IMG/VR virus record: IMGVR_UViG_3300031247_000001
Source: an uncultured virus (IMG/VR IMGVR_UViG_3300031247_000001)
Taxonomy: Duplodnaviria > Heunggongvirae > Uroviricota > Caudoviricetes
Strand: one strand, 5' to 3'
DNA: 64,000 nucleotides
A program made the position numbers and the translations under genes. This document shows, piece after piece, positions 40,436-49,265 of the stretch (the first letter of the stretch is position 1; each line of letters starts with the position of its first letter). The notes under the pieces were generated by a model. The model worked only from the letters and a program-made list of their open reading frames with translations. It made no database searches and was not told the origin of the DNA.

Positions 40436-40849
40436 CTACCTCTTATACGCGATGAGCACGATCCCCACGCACGCCGCGGCAAGGATCGCTACTGTCGGCC
40501 ACGATGTCGTGAGCGTCGAGGTGTCGCCCACGCCGCGCCCCGCGCACGGGCACGCGCCGACGCCGTCGACCGGTCGGTACGTGCTCACCTGCGGGAAATG
40601 CCCGAGGCCGTTGATGGCCTTCTCGTACTCGGGCTTGAAGTACGCGCCGAGACCATTGATGGCCTTCTCGTACTCGGGCTTGAAGTACGCGCCGATCCCT
40701 TCCACCGCGAGGCGCGGGGGACCGACGAGGTTCGGGTTGACGCCGAAGGAGGGCCAGGGCGCGCTCTTCCACCCGGGCGCGCCGGCGTGCCACGGACTAT
40801 CCGGTTGGTGCATCCGGTAGTACTCGGGCTTGATTTCGGCGTAACTCAT
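40436..40849 (-). CDS. Small membrane protein with tandem GAYFKPEYEKAINGL repeat (GLG family)
   Basis: Near-identical 45-bp DNA repeat; C-terminal TM. Confidence 0.7.
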   Translation of the reverse strand: MSYAEIKPEYYRMHQPDSPWHAGAPGWKSAPWPSFGVNPNLVGPPRLAVEGIGAYFKPEYEKAINGLGAYFKPEYEKAINGLGHFPQVSTYRPVDGVGACPCAGRGVGDTSTLTTSWPTVAILAAACVGIVLIAYKR

Positions 40850-41493
40850 GGGGCGGCCTCGTGGTGCTGTTTCAGTAGATCGTAGGCGACGCGTACCTGC
40901 ACGAATCGCGTCTCGGCCCCAGCCCGATCTTGTGGGTTGCGATCGGGATGATGCTTGTGGAGCAGGGCCTTGTAGGAGGCGTCCACCTCAGCCCAACTCG
41001 CCGAGCGCTTGACCCGGAGGAGGCGCCGGGCTGCAGCGAGACGCGCAAGCAAGAGCGGATCTGGCGGAGGACGCGGCGGAGGCGCCGGGCCTGGATCCCC
41101 GGTCGCGGACTTCGGACGGGGAGGTGGCGGGCGCGTATGGGTCTCACGACCACGCGGAGCCGCGGCGCCGGCGTGGTCGTCGATGTCTTGCTTGACGCAA
41201 GGAAAGCAGACGACCTGGCAGGTGCGGGAGGTAAATGCGTGATCGAGGCACGTTGGCTTCTTGCACACGCTGCAGGCGGCGACCGCCGGAGCGCGGCAGG
41301 GCTCGGCTCGGAAGAAGACCTCGCACGGGATCCCGGTGAGCAGGTGCGGGAGCCAAATCTGGGAGGCGTTGCGGGTGAGGTCGGCGACCCAGGGAGCGAC
41401 GGCAGACCAGGCATTCCGAGGGCCCTCGGGCGCGACCTCGCTGAGGTGCGAGGCGAAGCGCCCGAGCACACCGAGGAAGCCTTCTTTCGCCAT
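40846..41493 (-). CDS. J-domain (DnaJ-like) protein with Cys-rich zinc finger
   Basis: YKALLHKHHPDRN...F.QVRVAYDLL; multiple CxxC. Confidence 0.85.
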   Translation of the reverse strand: MAKEGFLGVLGRFASHLSEVAPEGPRNAWSAVAPWVADLTRNASQIWLPHLLTGIPCEVFFRAEPCRAPAVAACSVCKKPTCLDHAFTSRTCQVVCFPCVKQDIDDHAGAAAPRGRETHTRPPPPRPKSATGDPGPAPPPRPPPDPLLLARLAAARRLLRVKRSASWAEVDASYKALLHKHHPDRNPQDRAGAETRFVQVRVAYDLLKQHHEAAP

Positions 41494-41534
41494 CCGAGGG
41501 ATCGTAACATCGTCAGCCTAGTGAGCCAATCGGC

Positions 41535-42029
41535 TCAGCGCTTGAAAATCAGGTAGGCCGCGATGCCGGCGAGCGACACGGCGACGATCTGATTGAACGG
41601 GTCCGCAAGCGCGCGATCCAGGGGCTGCGGGACGGCCAAGAGGCTCGAGATGCACGGCGTCGCAGCGTTGCAGGCCGCGTCCGACACGGCGTCCCCGAGC
41701 ACGCCGTCTTGATACGCCTGCCCGATCCCGCGCACCCCTCGTCGCTTCTGCGGGGAAGGGAATGCCCGGAGGAACGTGCGGCCGAGCGAGCCGTCCTGGA
41801 ATGACTGCGCTTGCCCGACGCCGACGAGCGTGTGCATGCGCATCCCTGGGGCAAACGTGCGGCGCAGGGGGCGTCGCAGAACCGGAGAGCCCGGCACGAC
41901 ACGCGAGCTCGCTCCAAGACTACCGCTCTCGAACTCTTCCAAGCTCGACTGGTAGCCCTGCCACGGAGCCGCCTGGGAGAAGACTCCGTCCTGCCACTCA
42001 CCTTCGGGACCGTTCATTGCTTTGTACAT
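41535..42029 (-). CDS. Small membrane protein (GLG family)
   Basis: LVGVG, VRGIG, repeated QDG; C-terminal TM + KR. Confidence 0.65.
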   Translation of the reverse strand: MYKAMNGPEGEWQDGVFSQAAPWQGYQSSLEEFESGSLGASSRVVPGSPVLRRPLRRTFAPGMRMHTLVGVGQAQSFQDGSLGRTFLRAFPSPQKRRGVRGIGQAYQDGVLGDAVSDAACNAATPCISSLLAVPQPLDRALADPFNQIVAVSLAGIAAYLIFKR

Positions 42030-42053
42030 CGGGAGTCCTTTTACTGTTCAAAC

Positions 42054-43454
42054 TTACTGCAGCAGCACCGACAAGGTCATGCGGGTCACGGTGATGTCCG
42101 CGCCCGTCTTCGTCCCGAATGCCGCCTGGATCGTGTCTCCGGGAGCGAGTACGATCGTGCGCTCGGAGCTCAAGATCTGTGGCGCCGACGATGCCCCGGT
42201 CTCCGTCGTCTGCGTGCCCGGGAGGAAGCTCGTCGCCGGATCGGTGCCGAGCACATCGCCATTGTGCGCGATGACGCCCCAGACCGGACCGCTCGAGGGA
42301 GCCGCCGGAGCCGAGACCGTGTTGCTCTCGAGGTTGACGGCGGTCTGAGACAGGAGCCGGCCGTTCAGGACGGCGCCGGTGATGAGGTTGATGTCGGTGA
42401 AGCACAAGATGACGCCATTGAAGGTCGCCGTCGCACCGATCGAGACGTTGCCCGAGACCTGCCAGAAGACATTCTTGGCGAGCACTCCGCCGCTCAGGAT
42501 CACCGACTGAGCCGCCGACATGGCTAGGTTCCCGGTGATCTGCAGAATGAACACGTCGGTCGCGCTGCCGCTCAGCGTGACGCTCGTCGGGATCGTGACG
42601 CCCGTCGTCCAGTGATGCACACCGGGCGCCAGCGTGAGTCCGCCGATGTTGCCGGCGCCTTCGTTGGTGAAGTTCGCGGTGCGTCCGGCGGCATCCGTAT
42701 ACGCCGCCATCATGTCCGTCACCGCGACCGTCAGCGTCGCCGGAGTCGGCGCAGAATAGTCAGCCGCGTAGACCTTGCCCGTCACCTGCGCAGAGGTCGA
42801 GAACTGCCCGCTGCCATCGAGCGTGAGCGCGAAGCCCGTGATGGCCGTGTGCGCAATGGGGCTCACGCCCATGTCGCCGGTGATGACCGAGGTCGGCACG
42901 TTGGTGATCCCGCTCTTGGCGAGGATCGTGTAGTTGCCGGCCGTGCCGAGATTGACAGCGCCCGGCGTGAGCCCGCCGCCGCCTCCAGCGCCCAGATACA
43001 GCGAGCTGTCGAGGCGCACGATTACTCGAGCACCGACGACGCCGTCGTAAGTGATGACGCCGCCGAGGGCCGTGAGGGAGTAGCCCGCCGGCGTCCCCGC
43101 CGGCTGGAACGCAAAGAACGCGGTGTCCGCCGCTGCGAAGTTGGTCGTCCCCGAAGAGGGCACGGTATTTTCAGCGGTGCCCACGATCTCCACGAGCGCT
43201 TCGGCGCCGGTGCCGTTGTCGAGCAGCACCCAGCGACCGGGGCCCGCGAGCGGCGCCACGATGGTGACGTTGTCAGGAGTCGCGGTACTCGACTTCTGAA
43301 GATTGTAGAGCCCGCGGTTTTCGAGGACGAAGCAGAGCGCTCCGTCGGGGAAAATGTCGGTGATGATGTTGCGAAGACTGGTCCCGTCGCCGGGAGGTCC
43401 AATCACGGCGCGGATGCTGAGTCGCAACGCGACCGCTGCTTTGTCTTCGTTCAT
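42054..43454 (-). CDS. Putative spike paralog B1 with inserted ice-binding-like (DUF3494) domain
   Basis: VNLGTAGNYTILAKSGI...AYTDAAGR...LAPG...NVFWQV...NGRLLSQTAV. Confidence 0.85.
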   Translation of the reverse strand: MNEDKAAVALRLSIRAVIGPPGDGTSLRNIITDIFPDGALCFVLENRGLYNLQKSSTATPDNVTIVAPLAGPGRWVLLDNGTGAEALVEIVGTAENTVPSSGTTNFAAADTAFFAFQPAGTPAGYSLTALGGVITYDGVVGARVIVRLDSSLYLGAGGGGGLTPGAVNLGTAGNYTILAKSGITNVPTSVITGDMGVSPIAHTAITGFALTLDGSGQFSTSAQVTGKVYAADYSAPTPATLTVAVTDMMAAYTDAAGRTANFTNEGAGNIGGLTLAPGVHHWTTGVTIPTSVTLSGSATDVFILQITGNLAMSAAQSVILSGGVLAKNVFWQVSGNVSIGATATFNGVILCFTDINLITGAVLNGRLLSQTAVNLESNTVSAPAAPSSGPVWGVIAHNGDVLGTDPATSFLPGTQTTETGASSAPQILSSERTIVLAPGDTIQAAFGTKTGADITVTRMTLSVLLQ

Positions 43455-43464
43455 GGGGTTTCCT

Positions 43465-44181
43465 TTACGCGATCAGCACGGACAAGGTGCCGCGCGACAG
43501 CACGAGCGGGAGCGCGACGCCGCTCGTGAATACCATCTGAAGCGTGTCGCCTGGCGCGAGCGCGAGCGTGCGCTCGGATGAGACGACCTGCGGCAGATTC
43601 GTGCCTCCGGCCTCGGTCACCTCGGTGCCGGGGAGGAAGCTCGTGGTCGCGTTCGTGCCGATCAGATCGCCATTGTGAGCGACCGCGGCCCAGATCTCGC
43701 CCGATGCCTCGGCATCGTTGATGAGCACTGAGGCCGTGAGCGTCACCCGCGCGCGCACCGCTTCGGCGCCGTTGTAGGTGATGAGACCGCCGGGTTCGCT
43801 CAAGGCCCAGCCCGCGGGCGCTCCGGTCGGCATCCAATCGAACGCCGATCCCGAGACCGCCTTGAAGGTCGGCACATCGGACGACGCGATTGCATTGGTG
43901 GCCGTCCCGACGATCTCCACGAACGCCGCCGCGCCCGGGCCTTCATCGAGCAGCACCCAGCGGCCGGGGCCCGCGAGCGGCGCCACGATGGTGACGTTGT
44001 CGGGGGTCGCGGTACTTTCCTTCTCGAGGTTGTAGAGGCCCCGGTTTTCGAGTACGAAGCAGAGCGCGCCGTCTGGGTAGATGTTCGTGATGATGTTGCG
44101 AAGACTCGCCCCATCACCGGGCGGCCCTATCAGGGCGCGGATGCTGAGCCGCAACGCGACCGATGCTTTGTCTTCGTTCAT
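43465..44181 (-). CDS. Putative spike paralog B2 (no insert)
   Basis: Colinear with the N- and C-terminal parts of B1. Confidence 0.65.
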   Translation of the reverse strand: MNEDKASVALRLSIRALIGPPGDGASLRNIITNIYPDGALCFVLENRGLYNLEKESTATPDNVTIVAPLAGPGRWVLLDEGPGAAAFVEIVGTATNAIASSDVPTFKAVSGSAFDWMPTGAPAGWALSEPGGLITYNGAEAVRARVTLTASVLINDAEASGEIWAAVAHNGDLIGTNATTSFLPGTEVTEAGGTNLPQVVSSERTLALAPGDTLQMVFTSGVALPLVLSRGTLSVLIA

Positions 44182-44251
44182 GGTCTTTTTTCCTTGTTGA
44201 CTACCGATGCTATCCGGAGGAGGGGCCGGAGCGCAAACTTCTGAGGCGATC

Positions 44252-45088
44252 TCAGGATTGCGCCAAAAGCCCCGCCACGAACGCCTGCGCAATGAGACCA
44301 GCGTTCTGGGTGCCGCTCGTCTGCACGACGCCGGTTGCCTTGGTCGCGGTGTTCCCGAAGACCACCACCCAATCAGCCTGGGGAGCCGCGGCATTTTGCA
44401 CCAGCGCCCAGATCCCCGCTTGCTGCCCGGAGGCATCAGCCGCCTGCGGCCATTGCGTGAGGGTGAGCGTGAGGCCCGTCGGATTCTTGGGGCCGGGAGG
44501 CACGGACATGGAGGCGGCGCCCGGGGGCGGCGTCGGGGGCGTCGCGCCGCCCGGAGCCGGCGTCGCTACCGCCGTCGCTGCCTGCGCCTGCGAGTGCTTG
44601 TAGAGCAGCACGCCGAGCACCACCACTCCACCAACCAAGACTACTTTTCCGAGTTCCATCTGAATGCTCCTATCCAAAATGCTTTGAGACGTGATGCCCG
44701 TACTTGATCCCGACGACGGCGCCGGCGCCGAGCGCGAGCACGATCCAGGCCCACATCGGAATGCCCGCCGCCATCTCCGCCTCGCCGAGCCCCACGGCGC
44801 GACCGGCGAGCTTGATGGGGTTCGGGTCGATGCGCATGGCGGCGCCTGCGATCTTCTCGAAGTCGCCCGGACTCATCACGAAGTCCATCACGCCGCTCGC
44901 TTGCGTTTAGGCGGCTGGAGCGTCGCGTAGAAGATGTAGCCGACGGTGCCGATCGCCGCGATCCAGATCCCGATCGTGAGAGGACTCATTTTCGGATCGG
45001 TTACCACAGCTGGACTCGCGGGCGAAACATCGCCCATGCTGCACCCGCAGCCCGAGTCAGTGCCGCGGAGCGCGACGATCTTCGACAT
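44252..45088 (-). other. Three small TM proteins (44252-44659, 44670-44891, 44888-45088)
   Basis: Single hydrophobic helices with basic flanks. Confidence 0.65.
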
Positions 45089-46188
45089 CAGGCGTCCCTC
45101 CGGCCCTGAATGAGCTTGTACGCGCCGACCGCAACCACCGCGCCGAGGGCGACCAGCAGAAGCGCTTTACCACCATTGATCGCGTCCACTCGCGGCACCA
45201 GATCTGAAGTCGGCCCGCTCGTGTCCACGTCCATGGCCGTCTTCGCGAGCTGTTTCCGCCCGCGGGAGTCGCGCGTGTACGGCAGCGGGGTCGGAAAAAT
45301 GTTGACCGTCGTCGCGCCGGACCCGGCGCCGCCGGTGACCGTGGCCGTAAAGTTCCCTTGCGTGTAGGCGTCCGTGCTGGTCGAGGTCGGACTGCGCACC
45401 TCGGTCGCCGTGCGAGTGGGGCTCCGCACCTCGGTGCTCGTCCGCGTTGGGCTCCGCACTTCGGTCCGCGTGGGACTCCTTACGTCGCTTCGGCCCCCAG
45501 CCATGCGTTGCCAGCCGGGGAGGGCCGCCGCGCTCGGCGCGAGCAGCGCCGCTTGCGCGCCCGGCACCGTTGTCGCTTGCACCGCCGGAGTCGCTGGGAT
45601 CGAGAGCGCGACGGGCTGCATCTGCGCGCTGAATGCGCTCGGGAAAGATCCCGACGCGGGGTGCGGGCGGCCGTTTGCCGCGGGCGCAACTTCGAGAATG
45701 TACACGAGCGCGCCGCCCACTTGGGTGGCGGCGGAATTGAGCGAGGCGGTGCCCGACTTCGGATCGGTCTGATCACGAAGCTTGAGCCAGTAGAGGAAAT
45801 AGATCTTGGGCGGGCTCTTCGTGTCGGCCTGCGCGTAGACGGCTTCGGTGTGATCGTACGCGAAGGGCGTGCCCTCGAAGACCGTCTTCACCGCGGTCAT
45901 CTGCGTCAGCACGGGCGATACGACCGCGAGCGACTGCACCTCGCTCGAGGCGGTGCTGGCGACCGATGCAAGCTGCGCATCGCTGACCACGAACGCCTGG
46001 TAGTCCTGAGCGGGAGTCGCTTCGCTCCAGGCCGCGTCCCCCGTCTGCGTCGCCCACTCGGTGTAGACGAGGCTCGGCGCGCTCGAGACGAGCGCAAGGA
46101 GCGCCTGATCGGCGAGCGGGAGCGCGGCGTCGTCGGCGCCGAGGCCCGAGAGGTTGTTCCGGTGGTAGGACGAGCCGAAGCGGATCAT
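45088..46188 (-). CDS. Membrane-anchored structural protein with (E/D)VRSPT repeats (GLG family)
   Basis: LSGLGA near the N-terminus; 4x VRSPT; C-terminal TM. Confidence 0.65.
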   Translation of the reverse strand: MIRFGSSYHRNNLSGLGADDAALPLADQALLALVSSAPSLVYTEWATQTGDAAWSEATPAQDYQAFVVSDAQLASVASTASSEVQSLAVVSPVLTQMTAVKTVFEGTPFAYDHTEAVYAQADTKSPPKIYFLYWLKLRDQTDPKSGTASLNSAATQVGGALVYILEVAPAANGRPHPASGSFPSAFSAQMQPVALSIPATPAVQATTVPGAQAALLAPSAAALPGWQRMAGGRSDVRSPTRTEVRSPTRTSTEVRSPTRTATEVRSPTSTSTDAYTQGNFTATVTGGAGSGATTVNIFPTPLPYTRDSRGRKQLAKTAMDVDTSGPTSDLVPRVDAINGGKALLLVALGAVVAVGAYKLIQGRRDA

Positions 46189-46345
46189 GGGCGCTCCGGA
46201 AGGGATAGAATCGCGAAGGAGCAACCGCGCCCACCTGTCAGGACAGTCCCCAGCCGCTTGAGGTTTTTGGCTCCTCGGTTGGTGGGAAAAGGTTCGGGGG
46301 TGGACACGGTTGCTCCTTCGGGAAGGCTTGGTGCGGGGGCGCGGG

Positions 46346-47179
46346 TTAGACGCCGCCCGATCGCGTGATGCAGGGCGCGATGGCCTTCTGCATCTCGAAC
46401 AAGTGCATGTCGGGGATCATGAACCCGAACACCGATGCCTCGAAGAATCCGATCGGGATCGGGACGGCGCGAAAGACCGCGCAGCTCATGATGAAGCTCT
46501 CGTTCGAGTGAAGGATCCAGGGGGCGGGCACATGGAGCAGGCCCTGGCGGGTGTGCCGCTGCGGCATGAGGCTCAGGCCAATGGAGGAAGACTGCACCTG
46601 CGTCGCGCGCGCGGCCGCGAAGGCATCATCGGACGCGACGCCCGGCTGCGAGCTCGAGATCACGCCGAGGTTCGGTTGGGATTGGTAGGCCGGGCTCGTC
46701 TTGTCGTACGGCGGCAAGGGATTGAGCTCGTAGCGGTAGTTGCCCTGGCGCGTGGCGTTGGTCGTGATGTCCCAGCCGATCTGCGTGGACAAGCGATTGT
46801 CTTCGAGCTCGACGAAGTCGCCTGCCGCCGATCCGCTCGGCCTGTAGATCGCAAAGCGCGTGTCGAGCACGACGAAGCCCATGTCGATGGGCACCTGCAC
46901 GACGCCCATCTCGAACTGACAGGGCGTGCGCGGCGTCGCGGTGAAGATCCCGTCGATCGGCAGCCGTCGAAACACCGCCTCGAACGGCACAATCGAGGAG
47001 GGGATGAGGTAGCTTCCGAGTTGCCCCGCGGCGAGCATCACGCGGTCGGCGGTGCACGGAGTCAGCACGTCGGAATTGCCGCCAGGCATCCCCGCCAAGG
47101 GCGCCGTGAGCTGCGGGTTTGCGGTCCTGAGCGCCGCAAACCCGGCTTGCTGCTGAGGGCTCCAGAGGGGTTTGTTCAT
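46346..47179 (-). CDS. Putative minor capsid/structural protein
   Basis: Beta-rich soluble protein downstream of the capsid candidate. Confidence 0.4.
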   Translation of the reverse strand: MNKPLWSPQQQAGFAALRTANPQLTAPLAGMPGGNSDVLTPCTADRVMLAAGQLGSYLIPSSIVPFEAVFRRLPIDGIFTATPRTPCQFEMGVVQVPIDMGFVVLDTRFAIYRPSGSAAGDFVELEDNRLSTQIGWDITTNATRQGNYRYELNPLPPYDKTSPAYQSQPNLGVISSSQPGVASDDAFAAARATQVQSSSIGLSLMPQRHTRQGLLHVPAPWILHSNESFIMSCAVFRAVPIPIGFFEASVFGFMIPDMHLFEMQKAIAPCITRSGGV

Positions 47180-47191
47180 CCCTCTATCCTA

Positions 47192-48175
47192 TCAGTAAGG
47201 ACCGCTGCCTGCAGGCTGCACGATGCGATACCCGTGGAAGCCGATGTAGAGGATGCCGTTCGGGAGACGAGTGATGGGATCGGTCGCGCCCGCGTCGGTC
47301 GACACCTGATCGTTGATCCCTTCGATGTAATCCCAGCCCGAGGCGACGAAGGGGAAGTTCGAGTTGCCCGACGCGAAGGATTGGATGTTCCCGTAGTCGG
47401 GGTTATTGATGTGGAGCGGCTGCACCTCGAAGGTGAGCGTCTCTCCGCGCTCGAACACATCCAAGGCCGCGAGCGGAAAGGGCGAGTTCACCTGCGGCGT
47501 CCAGAAGGCCGAGGGCACCTCAATATTCGATCGAGGGAAGGAACTTCCGGCGTTCAGGAACTTGATGGTGTAGTCCGCTTCCATCGAGCGGAAGGGCGAG
47601 CCGTTCGAGGGGGAGAGGATGTGGGGGGCGCCGGTGCCGGGGAAGGACATTCCGGACTGAGCGACCTGTTGACGCGGCATGCCGTCCATCAAGTCCCAGG
47701 TGGAATGGATGGGGCGCTGGCGGCCGTAAGAGCGACCGAAGAAGGTCGCTTTCGCCTGCGTGACCGGATCGATGCGCTGGAGCTGGTACTGGCTCAGGAA
47801 GATCGCCATGCGGCTCTCGGCCACGAAGGGCCCTTCCTGGCTCACGAGGATCGATCCCTGCTGCTGCGAGTTGATGCCCGCGCCGATTGGGATCCGCACC
47901 AGCATATCGAACGGCACCCGGCGACCGGGGATGTTCTCGACGTACTGGATGTTCGGGGGGCCGCCGCTTGCTGCGAGGGCATTCGGGGAGCCCGAGCGTC
48001 CGACGGTAAAGTTCTTCTGGATGTCTTCGAGCCGAGCGTTCACCTGGTCGAAGGCCTTCGAGTGGCCCTGGGCGACGGCGAGCGCTTGGTTGGCCGAGTC
48101 CTGCGCGTTGCGCGCGGTGCCAGCGGCGTAGTTCACTTGCTGCGCTAGCTGCTGCGGCGTGATGCTCTGAGTCAT
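47192..48175 (-). CDS. Putative second capsid/penton-like protein with N-terminal coiled coil
   Basis: Beta-rich; ends with LYIGFHGYR strand; adjacent to the capsid candidate. Confidence 0.4.
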   Translation of the reverse strand: MTQSITPQQLAQQVNYAAGTARNAQDSANQALAVAQGHSKAFDQVNARLEDIQKNFTVGRSGSPNALAASGGPPNIQYVENIPGRRVPFDMLVRIPIGAGINSQQQGSILVSQEGPFVAESRMAIFLSQYQLQRIDPVTQAKATFFGRSYGRQRPIHSTWDLMDGMPRQQVAQSGMSFPGTGAPHILSPSNGSPFRSMEADYTIKFLNAGSSFPRSNIEVPSAFWTPQVNSPFPLAALDVFERGETLTFEVQPLHINNPDYGNIQSFASGNSNFPFVASGWDYIEGINDQVSTDAGATDPITRLPNGILYIGFHGYRIVQPAGSGPY

Positions 48176-48250
48176 GAATCGTGCCCTTCGCGCAGGGGAT
48201 CCCTGCCGTGAAGTACCTCGCTCGGGGCGAGTGCCCATCTGCCACGCAAG

Positions 48251-48288
48251 AAGAAAAAGACCGGCGCCCAGGTTTCCCTAGGCGCCCC
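48251..48288 (-). terminator. Intrinsic terminator after the capsid candidate
   Basis: GGCGCCTAGG-GAAA-CCTGGGCGCC followed by GGTCTTTTTCTT on the minus strand. Confidence 0.75.
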
Positions 48289-48365
48289 GTCTTCGATCTC
48301 TAGCCTGACCTCTCTCAGGCGCCGGCCACACGGATGCGGCAAGCTCGAGAGCTCAGGCCAAAGGC

Positions 48366-49121
48366 TTACTGAACGTCCCTGGAGAAGAGCCCATCGAACG
48401 TGAACGTCACGACCTTGTTGATCGCGTCGATCGCGTTCAGGTTGTCCCGCAGGCTCAGCATGTTGCGCTGACCCTGGCTGGTCCCGGCGATGTTCGTGTT
48501 GGGATCCGAGGGCAAGGCGTAGATGTTCGCCGTGCACTTGATGTTCTGGCGCGGGGGGATGAGGATCGCGCGGGCGAGCCGCAAGATCCCGGAGTGGCCA
48601 TCCGTGCCGGAGTTCTGCATGTGGATGAGGTCGGTCGCGCCGCCGAGCTGCGCCGAGAGACCACCACCGGTCGGGAAGTACCAGGTCGGCATGTTGGTGA
48701 TCGAGAACTTCTCGCCGGTGCCGAAGCTCCAGTGAAGTTGCTCTTCCGTCTGCCAGTGCAGACGAAACACGTCCTCGATCTGGCCGGGAGCTTGGCCAAC
48801 GGCCGCGCCCGATCCAGTCCACAAGGCTAGGTTCCCGTAGTCGCCGTTCAGGGCGAGCTCGCCGTCCACGCCGCCGGCGACGCGGAGGATGCTGTTGCGG
48901 TACCAGGAGAACACCCGCAACGCCAAGACGACGTGCGACTGATCGGAGGGCAGCGTGCTGCCGTTCTGGAGGTTGGTGGTGGCCGGAGTCCGGACCGTAC
49001 CCGACCCGCCGAAGAGATCGGTCGTGTCACCGACCGTACCTTGGCTGTAGCCACCGGTGCGGATGAGGGTGTCCCAGAAGGGCTGATGAACGCGTTCGCG
49101 AATGCTGACGACTTTGGCCAT
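48366..49121 (-). CDS. Candidate major capsid protein (single jelly-roll type)
   Basis: 251 aa, beta-rich, no TM; HQPFWDT...TNLQNGSTLP...VLALRV; strong RBS, structured 5' region, own terminator. Confidence 0.5.
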   Translation of the reverse strand: MAKVVSIRERVHQPFWDTLIRTGGYSQGTVGDTTDLFGGSGTVRTPATTNLQNGSTLPSDQSHVVLALRVFSWYRNSILRVAGGVDGELALNGDYGNLALWTGSGAAVGQAPGQIEDVFRLHWQTEEQLHWSFGTGEKFSITNMPTWYFPTGGGLSAQLGGATDLIHMQNSGTDGHSGILRLARAILIPPRQNIKCTANIYALPSDPNTNIAGTSQGQRNMLSLRDNLNAIDAINKVVTFTFDGLFSRDVQ

Positions 49122-49265
49122 GATGTTTTTTCCTTGTGCCGGGCTACCGTGATTAACGAGGCCTGGTTCCTCGTCGGCCCTAACAATGCTTCGAGCCCAG
49201 GGCCTCGGTTTTCCGAGACCTCCTGGGCCGAAGCACTCACCCTTGCGGGTTACTGTCCACTCACC

